DNA from: Candidatus Kapaibacterium sp.
GTDB taxonomy: Bacteria > Bacteroidota > Ignavibacteria > Kapaibacteriales > Kapaibacteriaceae
Assembly: GCA_032117915.1 (NCBI GenBank)
Contig: JAULYI010000259.1
Coordinates: 1-54,098 of the forward strand
Direction of reading: 5' to 3'
Length of the DNA stretch: 54,098 nt
How positions within the stretch are numbered: the stretch's first letter is position 1; each line of letters opens with the position of its first letter. The position numbers were made by a program, and so were the translations under genes. The notes under the pieces are model-generated. The model did not search any database, had not been told where the DNA came from, and saw nothing but the letters and a program-made list of their open reading frames with translations. This document shows, one piece after another, positions 9,432 through 19,111 of the stretch.

Positions 9432-11394
9432 GATGACGGAGAAGTTGTTTCAACATGATTTCGACATCCAGTGCAAGCGAATACTTGTCCACGTAGTAAT
9501 CATTGAGCGCTGTGATCGCGACTGTAGACAACGTTGCCGGCTGGGCGATGTGAACGAGACCTGTAAGACCCGGCCGACCGGTTGTGCGGACCTTCCCGTC
9601 CGGAAAGACGCCAACGAGACTGAGCTTTCCCCGTAGCACATCAAACCAGCGTCGACCGTGGTTGCGACGAAACATCGATGACAAAAGTACGGCGGGAGAT
9701 GTCATTAGTAAAACACTCATTGCTACGACAATGTCCGCTGTACGCTTTGCCACACGATTGCGAAAGCGCAAGAGTGGAGATACGTGGATGGTCGGTTCAA
9801 CACCTGCAACGTCATTGATGATCCGCGCCGTGACGATATCGTCATAGGCGGTCGCGATATGAAAACGTGAACGGGTAGGAGCACAGGCCATCATGAACCG
9901 CATGGATTCATCGTGTCTGATCGACGGGTCTGCCACGATCACCTCCGATGCCGCCATTTCGGTAATGATCCGCTCCAGCCAATCGGTGCTACCTACCACT
10001 GGCACTCCGGCCACCGACGTCAATGCACTTCCGCCATGCGCAACGATGCCGATAACATCGGCATTCCTGCGTTCGGCCATGTGAAGCGAGTTGATGATGC
10101 GTTCCGCCTCGATTCCCGCACCGATGATCAAGATCCTTCTGGTCTTTCCACTGCCCCTTGATGCATCATAGACCGCCGCTGCACCTCTGATCAGGATCAT
10201 GAAGACGGCCGTGAAGCCAATGGTCATGAGCAGTACGCCGCGACTAAACGCATACTCCTTGAAGAAGTACGTGAGCGAACTCAACACAAAGAACGTCACC
10301 AGCAAGCCAACCAGACTTCTACGGACCGTAGGACGGTATTCGACGTATTCGCCGACGGCGACAAGAGCGGTCAACATGATCCCTGCGACCGCAACAAAAA
10401 CCGTCGGATACGCATAGCCGGGGAATCCGAACGGGCCGTCGAAGCGGACAGCAGTCGCAGCCATTAGGGAGACCGAGACGCCAACAAGATCGAACAGTGT
10501 GATGGTCAGTTCGCGACCACGACGACGCATGTGTTCGATAACGGCGCGCAAGGTGATCCCCATGCGCAGCAGACCAAGAAAGATCCGTGACTGACCGTAG
10601 TGCTTGCGTGCGAAGATGGCCATTGCCTCGTAGAAGACTCGGACCTCGTTCATCGAACTGCGCTTCGTACTCTCGCCTTTGTAGTGTACGATACTCGTAG
10701 AATGGACGTACATGACGCTTCGACCGGTCTGCTTGACTCGGTAGCAGAGGTCAAGATCTTCACCATACATGAAGAACGCCGGATCGAATCCTCCAACCTG
10801 CTTGATCACGTCCGTTGGTCCGATCATGAAGGCACCGATCAGCGCGTCGACCTCGTAAGTCTCATCGATCGGACGGAATGTCTGATTGTACTGGGCAAAC
10901 AGCGGTGAATTCGGAAACATCGATTGCAGACCAAACAGCTTACAGAACGAAGCCCATGGCGTCGGGAATCCGCGACGACACGCAACCTGAAAGGTTCCGT
11001 CAGCATTCAGGACCTTACATCCAGCCAGACCGATCATCGGATTGGCATCGAGGTATCGTACCATCACGTCAAGGCTATCCGGCCCGACGATCGTATCGGG
11101 ATTAAGAAACAGCGTATGCCGCCCGGTGCAGTGCTCGAGTCCGACGTTGTTTCCCCGCCCAAAACCGATATTCTCGTGTAAGGCGATCCAGGTAACGTGC
11201 GGAAACAGGGGGCGCAGTTCATCCACGGAACCATCTGTGGAGGCGTTGTCCACGACAACCACCTGCATGGTCGTAGCCGTAGAGTGCGCTTCGAGCGAGC
11301 GCAGGCACTGCAGGAGGTAGTCCTTCACGTTGTAATTCACGATCAGGACGGAGACATCGACGGGAGCCGCTGCTCGGGATACGGCTTGGTCCAT
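9421..11394 (-). CDS. Fusion protein: N-terminal family-2 glycosyltransferase + WbaP-like membrane/CoA-binding-like module + truncated (probably inactive) polyprenyl-phosphate glycosyl-phosphotransferase domain
   Basis: ORF 9421..11466, likely start ATG 11394 (MDQAVS), 1 nt after the upstream stop. GT2 part: [14 protein letters not shown]...[12 protein letters not shown]...[11 protein letters not shown]...[11 protein letters not shown]. Then about 4 TM helices. Then a Rossmann-like segment [19 protein letters not shown]. The C-terminal 109 aa ([23 protein letters not shown]...[10 protein letters not shown]...RPGLTGL) resemble a Bac_transf domain but lack its central segments. Confidence 0.75.
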   Translation of the reverse strand: MDQAVSRAAAPVDVSVLIVNYNVKDYLLQCLRSLEAHSTATTMQVVVVDNASTDGSVDELRPLFPHVTWIALHENIGFGRGNNVGLEHCTGRHTLFLNPDTIVGPDSLDVMVRYLDANPMIGLAGCKVLNADGTFQVACRRGFPTPWASFCKLFGLQSMFPNSPLFAQYNQTFRPIDETYEVDALIGAFMIGPTDVIKQVGGFDPAFFMYGEDLDLCYRVKQTGRSVMYVHSTSIVHYKGESTKRSSMNEVRVFYEAMAIFARKHYGQSRIFLGLLRMGITLRAVIEHMRRRGRELTITLFDLVGVSVSLMAATAVRFDGPFGFPGYAYPTVFVAVAGIMLTALVAVGEYVEYRPTVRRSLVGLLVTFFVLSSLTYFFKEYAFSRGVLLMTIGFTAVFMILIRGAAAVYDASRGSGKTRRILIIGAGIEAERIINSLHMAERRNADVIGIVAHGGSALTSVAGVPVVGSTDWLERIITEMAASEVIVADPSIRHDESMRFMMACAPTRSRFHIATAYDDIVTARIINDVAGVEPTIHVSPLLRFRNRVAKRTADIVVAMSVLLMTSPAVLLSSMFRRNHGRRWFDVLRGKLSLVGVFPDGKVRTTGRPGLTGLVHIAQPATLSTVAITALNDYYVDKYSLALDVEIMLKQLLRHRGQ

Positions 11395-11395
11395 C

Positions 11396-12115
11396 CTATC
11401 GCTTTCCGAACGAGAGCATGGTGGAGATCTTGAGTTTCCAGACCAAGAAGGCAGCCTCGTACACAATGTTCTTGCTCATCTTCGAGACACCGGCGATCCT
11501 ATCAACGAAAATGATCGGGATCTCAAGAACGCGCGCCTTGGTGCGCCACGCGCGATAGTTCATTTCAATCTGGAATGCATATCCGTTACTGCGGATCTTG
11601 GTCAGGTCGATCTTTCGCAGCACATCGGCTCGGAAACACTTAAAGCCACCGGTTGCGTCGGCAACGGGCATGCCTGTGATGATGCGGGTATAGACATTGG
11701 CGAAGTAACTCAGGAGCAATCTGCCCATTGGCCAATTGATCACGTTCACGCCACTGACGTACCGCGAGCCGATGATCAGATCATGGTCAACGATCGCATC
11801 GAGGAACCGAGGTAGATCCTTCGGGTCATGCGAGAAGTCCGCATCCATCTGCATGATGATGTCAAAGTCATGGTCAAGACAGTACTTGAAGCCGGCACAG
11901 TATGCCGTTCCAAGACCGAGCTTTCCAGAGCGCTCAACAAGATGGATGCGCGCGTCGGTCTGTATGCGTTCGCGAACCAGTCCTGCGGTACCATCCGGTG
12001 ATCCGTCGTCAATGACCAACACATGCGCTTCAGGAAGAATACCACCAATAGCATCGATCATTCGGATGATGTTCTCGCGCTCATTGTAGGTCGGTATGCA
12101 GATGATCGTCTTCAC
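11396..12115 (-). CDS. Polyprenol-phosphate glycosyltransferase, Dpm1/GtrB-like (GT2)
   Basis: MKTIICIPTYNERENI...VLVIDDGSPDGTAGLV...RSGKLGLGTAYCAGF...IMQMDADFSHDP...GSRY matches dolichyl/polyprenyl-phosphate mannose (or glucose) synthase-type GT2. The GTG start overlaps the upstream stop (GTGA). Confidence 0.85.
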   Translation of the reverse strand: MKTIICIPTYNERENIIRMIDAIGGILPEAHVLVIDDGSPDGTAGLVRERIQTDARIHLVERSGKLGLGTAYCAGFKYCLDHDFDIIMQMDADFSHDPKDLPRFLDAIVDHDLIIGSRYVSGVNVINWPMGRLLLSYFANVYTRIITGMPVADATGGFKCFRADVLRKIDLTKIRSNGYAFQIEMNYRAWRTKARVLEIPIIFVDRIAGVSKMSKNIVYEAAFLVWKLKISTMLSFGKR

Positions 12116-13584
12116 GCTTGTCCATGCCCCTTCATCATGACGAATACAGTGCGGACCAAGATCTCCAGGTCCAGTCGGAATGACATGTTCTCGATGTAAA
12201 AGAAGTCATATCGAAGCCGATCGTCGATCGACGTGAATGATTCAGTGTCAGCCTTGTACTTCACCTGCCACCAGCCCGTGATGCCAGGCCTGACGCAGTG
12301 CCGCCTGCGATAATACGGATAGGTGACACTAAACTGCTCGACGAAATGCGGCTGTTCCGGCCTTGGACCAACCAGACTCATCTCTCCGCTGAGGACGTTC
12401 CAGAACTGTGGCACCTCGTCGATATGCGTCTTTCTGATGAATCGTCCGATCGGTGTCACTCGAGGGTCGTTCGCTGCCGTCCATGAAGGAGCACGTTGAT
12501 CGTCGACATACATGGACCGGAACTTGTAGATCTTGAACACCCGCCCGTCAAGACCAACACGTGTTTGCGTGTAGAAGACAGGTCCAGCCGATGTCCTAGT
12601 CACGATAAGGGCGACAAGGGCCCAAATGGGCAGCCCCACCAGCAGTACCAGTGCCGAAAGAACGATGTCCAACAGTCGCTTCGCTCCCTGCTCCCACGGC
12701 CGCATCAACTGCGGGCTAACTTCGATAAGCGGCGACCCATAGATCTGCTGTGTACGTGCCTGTCCCGAGAAGATCTCGTACAGATCCGGAACGATCTTCA
12801 CGGTGCAGCCATGGTCGGCGCATGTTGCCGTAACTCCCATCAGGTTTGCATGGTCCGGCGCCGTCATGGAAATGAGCACCTGACGAGGCTTCAATTCCCG
12901 TAGAACCTCATCAAGACGATCTACTGATCCCAAGACTGGCACACGATTATCGTTCCACTGTTCGGTATCGCCGACTACGACCCCCATGACGTGATATCCC
13001 CAGCGTGTTTGCCGATGCAGATCATCAAGGAGTGCGCGCACCTGCAGCGGAGACCCAAAGAGGATCGTGGGTATGCGAATGATGCCCTGACGTCGTAGCA
13101 AGCCTTGCGCGTAACGCACAACAAGACGTCCGACGCCCAGTGCCACCGCAAGCATGAGCCAGTACGAGACGATGATCATCCGGGGATTTTCGCGGTAGTA
13201 GTCGTTACTCGACATCACGACAACAAAGAACAGTATGGCCGTCCCCACAAACGTCTGCTTGACGATGGTAAAGAACTCATCAAATGGTGACCGGACGTAG
13301 TAATCCTTATACAGACCGCCAAACCACAGCACGAGCGTCCAGTACGCGGCAGAGATCAGTCCTACGAAGAGTTCGAAACCTAGATCGAAGCGGACATATC
13401 CCGGGATGATCGACTCACGCATCATCTGATAGCCCAGAAATGCTGCGACACAGACAACGAGATCTACGATGAGCTGCAAACGTCGAGGATCGAGCAGCCA
13501 CGCCATGAGGCGTCCCTGCACCTTCCCTCTCCCTTGCGCTGCAAGCGATAACGGCATCTCGATCTGGTTGGACATGCTGGACAT
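12112..13584 (-). CDS. Polyprenyl (undecaprenyl)-phosphate glycosyl-phosphotransferase, WbaP/WcaJ-type initiating enzyme
   Basis: N-terminal TM helices, a central Rossmann-like domain and a complete 190-aa Bac_transf domain: AKRLLDIVLSALVLLVGLP, SAGPVFYTQTRVGLDGRVFKIYKFRSM, GRFIRKTHIDEVPQFWNVLSGEMSLVGPRP, RPGITGWWQV. Confidence 0.9.
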   Translation of the reverse strand: MSSMSNQIEMPLSLAAQGRGKVQGRLMAWLLDPRRLQLIVDLVVCVAAFLGYQMMRESIIPGYVRFDLGFELFVGLISAAYWTLVLWFGGLYKDYYVRSPFDEFFTIVKQTFVGTAILFFVVVMSSNDYYRENPRMIIVSYWLMLAVALGVGRLVVRYAQGLLRRQGIIRIPTILFGSPLQVRALLDDLHRQTRWGYHVMGVVVGDTEQWNDNRVPVLGSVDRLDEVLRELKPRQVLISMTAPDHANLMGVTATCADHGCTVKIVPDLYEIFSGQARTQQIYGSPLIEVSPQLMRPWEQGAKRLLDIVLSALVLLVGLPIWALVALIVTRTSAGPVFYTQTRVGLDGRVFKIYKFRSMYVDDQRAPSWTAANDPRVTPIGRFIRKTHIDEVPQFWNVLSGEMSLVGPRPEQPHFVEQFSVTYPYYRRRHCVRPGITGWWQVKYKADTESFTSIDDRLRYDFFYIENMSFRLDLEILVRTVFVMMKGHGQA

Positions 13585-15036
13585 TCAGGCCAAGGTTCGT
13601 GGAAACATGGAGCGCACGCGTTGCACATCAGCTGCCCGCACAAGGCCGGCGGCAGCAACCGCCACCACCCAGACCACCACACCACAGACGATGGCAAGGG
13701 GGCGTGGCATCACCGCAGGCAGCCACACAGCGGATCCGGCGCAGACGATGGCTGCTCCGACGACTCCGATCACGCCACGCAAAGTTATGGACTGTTCAAC
13801 GATGCGGTGGAAGTTGAAATAGGCCACTGCTGCGGCACCGACGACGGCAGCAAACTTGGCGGCTATCGCTCCGTAGGATGCATACAGCGGAATCAGCCAT
13901 AGACCACCGAACACGGTCACAGCGGCGAGAATGGCGGTGATTACGATGTTCTTCCGTTGCGCACCCAAAGCGATGTTGATCTCTTGGATGTAGAAGAGTA
14001 GGAACACCGGGAAGGTCATCCATAGAAAGGCGAAAAACTGCCCTTCGTTGTCGGCATACCGTCCCCCACTGATGAAGTCGATGATCCACGGCGTCATCAT
14101 CGACGCTGTCATCGCAACGCCGATGCCCGCTGCTGCAAGGAGGCGCAGACCTGTCAATGCATAGGAACGACACGAGGCCATATCCTCGGAAGCCAGACGC
14201 ACCACGACAGGAACGATGGCCATGACGGCCGCGATCGGTATTGTGTTCACGAATGGTGCTAACGATTGATATGCAGCGGCGAAGATGCCGACCTCGACAG
14301 GCGTCGAGAACCGCTCAAGCATGAAGGCATCGATCTTATCATGAATATTCACCAGAATGACGGCAAGGATCATCGGCAACGCCTCACGAAACAGCTCGCC
14401 GATCATGGTCTTCGAGGCGCGAGATGGACGAAGGTGCTGTCCTTTGTCAAGAACAAGCAGCGCAATGAAGCTGGGCAAGGTCGATACAATGAACGAGCCG
14501 ATGATCACGCTGATGGAGAGCTGATCCCGCATCAGCCAGATGGCAAGAAGGAACAGCGATCCATCGACGATACTTAGCATACTTACCAGGCCAAACCGCA
14601 CCTTCATACGAATCGGAGTCTCCAGCGTGTACCGCAGCAGTCCGGCTCGGGTGGAGATCAAGATGTAGATCGCCCACACACCGATGCCAATGATGCCGTG
14701 GCCCTGCACGGAAGCAACGATCATGGAAAGCAGTGCTGCGATACCACCCATGACCAGACGGATCACACCGACAGACGTCAGGATCTCTTCGGCCTTCTCG
14801 GGCATCTGCGCCATCTTTCGCATGGCTACACTATTGAGTCCCAGATCGCAGAGAATGATCACCAAGAAATCAGCGATGCGGCGATAGGCAAAGAGCTCTC
14901 CGTTTTCCTCTTTTGTTAGCGTCGATAGGATGATACGCTGTGCAAGAAAGGCCAGGGTCAGACCAATAACCTGCGACGATAGCATCGAAATGCCACCCGA
15001 GACTACCTGGGCTGCCAGCGGTTGCTGCTTGGTCAT
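13585..15036 (-). CDS. Polysaccharide (oligosaccharide-unit) flippase, Wzx/MOP superfamily
   Basis: ORF 13585..15066, start ATG 15036 (MTKQQPLAAQ) in an ATGA overlap with the upstream stop. It is a polytopic protein of about 12-14 predicted TM helices. The N-terminal pattern is typical of polysaccharide-biosynthesis flippases. Its stop abuts the next start codon. Confidence 0.75.
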   Translation of the reverse strand: MTKQQPLAAQVVSGGISMLSSQVIGLTLAFLAQRIILSTLTKEENGELFAYRRIADFLVIILCDLGLNSVAMRKMAQMPEKAEEILTSVGVIRLVMGGIAALLSMIVASVQGHGIIGIGVWAIYILISTRAGLLRYTLETPIRMKVRFGLVSMLSIVDGSLFLLAIWLMRDQLSISVIIGSFIVSTLPSFIALLVLDKGQHLRPSRASKTMIGELFREALPMILAVILVNIHDKIDAFMLERFSTPVEVGIFAAAYQSLAPFVNTIPIAAVMAIVPVVVRLASEDMASCRSYALTGLRLLAAAGIGVAMTASMMTPWIIDFISGGRYADNEGQFFAFLWMTFPVFLLFYIQEINIALGAQRKNIVITAILAAVTVFGGLWLIPLYASYGAIAAKFAAVVGAAAVAYFNFHRIVEQSITLRGVIGVVGAAIVCAGSAVWLPAVMPRPLAIVCGVVVWVVAVAAAGLVRAADVQRVRSMFPRTLA

Positions 15037-16214
15037 TGTCCCGTCCCGACTGCCGACGGCTCCCACACGTCCAGCCGCCCACCGCGCATGGCCCGAATAG
15101 CGCCGCCAAGGAATGCAAGATTCATCAGGACAATGTATCGGATCACACCAACGACCGGAATACGAAGGCCTGTACGCTCAGCTGCGTGTCCTAGGAAGGC
15201 AAGTGCGTACAGAGCAAACTGAGCGTAGAAGAGAAAACCGAACAGGAGCGGCTGTTCAACGAGCATGCATGTGGAAACGAGCAGAACGAGCAAGAATAGC
15301 GGGCCCATCCAGCGGATGATACGGTGAGACCATAGAAACCACGACGTCCATCCATATCGAGGGTGAAGTGTCTGGCGCAGCCCCCATAAGCAGCGCATTC
15401 CCGATGACGCCGTTCGTACCGTGCGTTGATACTCCTGCGACATCGTATTTGGACGATGCTCGACGACTAGGGCTCTGGGAGCAACGACAATGCGCCTGTC
15501 TGCCTTGACCACAGGTAGCACATTCCACCAGTCATCGGCGACACGCCCGTCGGGGATCGTCTCCATGAGCTCGCGTCGAACAGCATACAGCGCTCCACTG
15601 GAGACGACCGTCGAGGCAACGTCGGACTCCATAGCGTTGATGCGCTGCTCGAGTCTGCGATAGAGTGCTTCCTGTTGTGTTCCATCATCGGATGTGACAC
15701 CGGCAGAACGGTCGATCGATCCGATCACGGCACCAACGGAAGCGTCGGCAAACGGTCCGAGCAGTTGACCGATGGATCCAGCTGCCAATCGGCAGTCTGC
15801 ATCGGTGAAGACGACAATGTCTGCGGTGACTGCAGGCAGGATCGTCCGCAATGCCGCATTCTTGCCACCGCGCCCGCAGCGCCGCACGACGAGTGTAACG
15901 GGAGAAAGGTCCTGCTGCATGGACTCTGCAACGTCGGCGGTTCCATCAGTCGAGCCGTCGTCGGCAAGAACGATCGTCAGACGTTCAGGAGCGGACGAGG
16001 CGCTCTTGATCGAGCGCAAACAATCAGGAATGATATCGACTTCGTTGTAGGCTGCGATGACGACCGCGATGTCACCAATGTACGGCCCGCTGGCTACAGG
16101 ATGCCTGAAGATCCGGTGCACCCCCCATAGCAGTAACGGATACAACAGGTGCGGATACAGAACACCGGACACGGCCACGATGGCAAGCACGAGGCCGACG
16201 TCAGACAGGGTCAT
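15033..16214 (-). CDS. Membrane-embedded family-2 glycosyltransferase (PgaC/NodC-like architecture)
   Basis: One N-terminal TM helix. GT2 motifs VVIAAYNE, LADDGSTDGT, VFTDADC, SSGALYAVRR, VADDWW, then YQRTVRTASSG in the place of the Q(Q/R)xRW motif, followed by at least 3 C-terminal TM helices. Confidence 0.8.
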   Translation of the reverse strand: MTLSDVGLVLAIVAVSGVLYPHLLYPLLLWGVHRIFRHPVASGPYIGDIAVVIAAYNEVDIIPDCLRSIKSASSAPERLTIVLADDGSTDGTADVAESMQQDLSPVTLVVRRCGRGGKNAALRTILPAVTADIVVFTDADCRLAAGSIGQLLGPFADASVGAVIGSIDRSAGVTSDDGTQQEALYRRLEQRINAMESDVASTVVSSGALYAVRRELMETIPDGRVADDWWNVLPVVKADRRIVVAPRALVVEHRPNTMSQEYQRTVRTASSGMRCLWGLRQTLHPRYGWTSWFLWSHRIIRWMGPLFLLVLLVSTCMLVEQPLLFGFLFYAQFALYALAFLGHAAERTGLRIPVVGVIRYIVLMNLAFLGGAIRAMRGGRLDVWEPSAVGTGQ

Positions 16215-16226
16215 GACTTGATCCGC

Positions 16227-17969
16227 TCAGTAGCGAAGCAGTGAGTAGATCACACTGATAATTGCCGTTGCGCTCGACGCGATACCTACGATAGCAGCGT
16301 ATTGCTGAATCTCAAGGCCGGCCGGTACGTCGGGCTTTCGAGGCACATAGACTTCGTCGCCAGGTTCAATGATCGTCTCCTCATCATCCAACCAGACCCG
16401 AGACTTCCCTTTCACAACCCTTGCCCTGCCGGGCTTTGCACCCTGGGCAAAACCGCCGGCGCGAGCCACATACCACTCGAGCTTCTTTCCCTTTTCATAG
16501 GGAACATAGCCGGGCTGGAGCACCTGGCCGTAAACGTACGTCCGCTCTGGTGCGCGAGGAACCACAATGACGTCGCCTGATTGCAGAACGATATTGCTCT
16601 CGGACGATGGGTTGCGTAGTGCCTCGGCAACATCACAGGAGACATAGGGCATACGGAACTGCTCATCAAGTCTGAATCGCAGCGTGTCCTCGACCGTGAG
16701 GTCGCTATACAGGAACCGCATCATGTAGTCACTGCTCGTTCGGCGCTGTGATGATGACTGGACGTCAGGACGCACAACATATGCGAGCGCTGCTGATGCC
16801 GCTTCCGTGATCCCGCCGGCACGCGCCAGGACGTCCGAGAGTCTCGTCTTGCCGGGCTCGATAATGACGGCACCCTGACGGCTAACTTCACCGCGGACTT
16901 CGACAACGCCCTGCCGGGCTTGATCACTTGCATAGGAGCGACGCTCAACGATGACGGCACTGCCGGGATGGATCGGAACATCGTCGCCTACCAGACGAAA
17001 CTCAGCGTCAACACGTACAGGCAATGTTCCCTCTTCGTCCGGCTGCACAAGGAGAACCCTGTCTAGATCGGCATCAGCCGTAGGGCCACCCGCAGCGGCG
17101 AGAAGGACCGACACACCGTCGCCCGGCTTGTACGCAACGAGCGATGGCGTGACGACGGCGCCACCGATGGAGATCGTTGCTGCCCCGGCGTCGTCGAACG
17201 GCACCACCACTTCGTCGCCTTCCCGGAGATGTGGGTCATAAATAGCATTACCGGGCAGCATTGCCTTGATAAGATCGACGTTGGTAGTACCTCGACGATG
17301 GCGGACGATGATGTTACGGGCTGCAAAGGCGCTGAGCGTCGCCGCACGTCCACGCGTGATCTCATCGACGCGCTGTGTGCCAGAGATCATGGTCTCGGAA
17401 CGTCCGATCTCCGTTGCACCGGCATCCTTTCGAAGTAGCCAAGGCTGTCGCGTTACGTTCAGACATGTGCTGACGCGCATGGACGCCGGCACGGCATAGG
17501 TCCCTGGATACGGAACATTGCCCTTGACGGTAACATAGATCAGTCTAGGCCGACGGAGCGTCACGAAGCATTCGGCATCTTTCGACCGGCGCTTCACAAC
17601 ATCTGTGATGGCCGCGCGCACTTGTGCAAGGGTTTTGTCGGCCACCGTCAGGAGACCATATCGCTCAAGGAGCAATGTATTCTCCGGTGTGACCACGGCG
17701 AGTTTCTCGGTGAAGTCAAAGCCGGTGGTTTGATACGCGAGTACGTCTCCTGGACCAACGACGTAGGCATCGGGATCTACAACGTCATCCGTCGGAAACT
17801 GCTCTGCCGTCAGGAGTTGCGTCATCGGTGTCTGCATCCGACCGGCAGATGTCAGCTTATCAAGGTCAATTCCCCCGCCTCCCTGCCCCATGGTGATCAA
17901 GGGGGCTATGAGGGCCGTTGCGATGATGACGATGAGCCGCGGTGCAAACCCGCGTTGGTGTGAATGCAT
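16227..17969 (-). CDS. Polysaccharide export protein (Wza-like; Poly_export + repeated SLBB domains)
   Basis: ORF 16227..18014. ATG 17969 gives the signal peptide MHSHQRGFAPRLIVIIATALIAPLITMG; an alternative TTG at 18014 lies 2 nt after the wecB stop. YVVGPGDVLAYQ is a Poly_export-like motif. SLBB-like turns repeat (LREGDEVVVPF, LQSGDVIVVPR, IEPGDEVYVPRK). There is a C-terminal hydrophobic helix. Confidence 0.8.
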   Translation of the reverse strand: MHSHQRGFAPRLIVIIATALIAPLITMGQGGGGIDLDKLTSAGRMQTPMTQLLTAEQFPTDDVVDPDAYVVGPGDVLAYQTTGFDFTEKLAVVTPENTLLLERYGLLTVADKTLAQVRAAITDVVKRRSKDAECFVTLRRPRLIYVTVKGNVPYPGTYAVPASMRVSTCLNVTRQPWLLRKDAGATEIGRSETMISGTQRVDEITRGRAATLSAFAARNIIVRHRRGTTNVDLIKAMLPGNAIYDPHLREGDEVVVPFDDAGAATISIGGAVVTPSLVAYKPGDGVSVLLAAAGGPTADADLDRVLLVQPDEEGTLPVRVDAEFRLVGDDVPIHPGSAVIVERRSYASDQARQGVVEVRGEVSRQGAVIIEPGKTRLSDVLARAGGITEAASAALAYVVRPDVQSSSQRRTSSDYMMRFLYSDLTVEDTLRFRLDEQFRMPYVSCDVAEALRNPSSESNIVLQSGDVIVVPRAPERTYVYGQVLQPGYVPYEKGKKLEWYVARAGGFAQGAKPGRARVVKGKSRVWLDDEETIIEPGDEVYVPRKPDVPAGLEIQQYAAIVGIASSATAIISVIYSLLRY

Positions 17970-18016
17970 TCCAAGTCCGATGATGAAAGCAAAGCCGCCC
18001 GTGCAACGTCGCAAAA

Positions 18017-19111
18017 CTACAAATATTGCGAGGTGATGATGGCCGCGATTCGGTCAGACGCATGGCCGTCCCACAGCGGCGGGACCACGCCGTTCCGCGT
18101 GGCTCCGGTAACAACCTGGTTGATGGCCGTTCGGATACCGTCGACGACGGGCGGCACAAGGACGTTTGTGCCAAGTTCCGTCGTCACGGGTCGTTCCGTT
18201 GTCGTCCTTGCCGTAATGCACGGCACCCCAAGCGCCGTGGTCTCTTCCTGAATGCCTCCTGAGTCGGTCAACACAAACCGGCTGTGCTTCATGAGGGCAA
18301 GAAAGTCAACATAGCCAACCGGGTCGATCAGCAGGACGTTCGTCGGAAGTCCCCCGGCAAGCCCCCAGGCGGCGATGTTCTTTCGTGTCCGAGGATGCAC
18401 GGGAAAGACTACCGCACAATGGCGGGATGTTTCAGCAAGAAGGTCGATAAGCATACGAAGCTGCTGCTGATCGTCAACATTACTTGGACGGTGCAGCGTG
18501 ATCAGCGCGTACGAGGCCGGCTCTAAGCCATGGCGTCGCAAGACGTCAGACTTCTCCGACTTCGGCAGCGCATAGTGCAGCGAGTCGATCATGGTATTAC
18601 CGACGAAGTGAATCCGATCGGCTGCCACACCTTCGTGAAGGAGGTGCGATCGACCACTCTCTTCGGTGACGAAGAGGTCATCACAGATAGCATCCGTCGC
18701 CAGACGATTGATCTCTTCCGGCATCGCCCTGTCAAAGCTCCGCAGGCCTGCCTCGACGTGTGCGGTTCTGATGCCCAGTTTGACGGACGTAAGGGCACAA
18801 GCGATCGTACTGTTCACGTCCCCTACAACAATGACGTAGTCGGGCTTGGCTTCTCGGCATACCTGCTCAAAGCCGGTCATGACTTTGGCAGTTTGTTCTG
18901 CATGGGAACCCGAGCCGACACCGAGAAAGTATGCCGGCTGCGGCATGTCTAGATCGGCAAAGAAGGAATCACTCATCGCAGCATCGTAGTGCTGCCCAGT
19001 ATGAACGATCTGGTGGTTCACCGTATCCGCATAAGCCTGAAATGCTCTGTGGATCGGTGCGACCTTCATGAAGTTCGGACGTGCGCCAACGACGGAGAGG
19101 ATGCGCTTCAC
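18017..19111 (-). CDS. wecB: UDP-N-acetylglucosamine 2-epimerase (non-hydrolysing)
   Basis: MKRILSVVGARPNFMKVAPI, HTGQHYD, TAHVEAGLRSFD, VLTDSGGIQEETTALGVPC are canonical WecB/MnaA motifs. The start overlaps the upstream stop (ATGA-type 4-nt overlap, 19108..19111). Confidence 0.93.
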   Translation of the reverse strand: MKRILSVVGARPNFMKVAPIHRAFQAYADTVNHQIVHTGQHYDAAMSDSFFADLDMPQPAYFLGVGSGSHAEQTAKVMTGFEQVCREAKPDYVIVVGDVNSTIACALTSVKLGIRTAHVEAGLRSFDRAMPEEINRLATDAICDDLFVTEESGRSHLLHEGVAADRIHFVGNTMIDSLHYALPKSEKSDVLRRHGLEPASYALITLHRPSNVDDQQQLRMLIDLLAETSRHCAVVFPVHPRTRKNIAAWGLAGGLPTNVLLIDPVGYVDFLALMKHSRFVLTDSGGIQEETTALGVPCITARTTTERPVTTELGTNVLVPPVVDGIRTAINQVVTGATRNGVVPPLWDGHASDRIAAIITSQYL

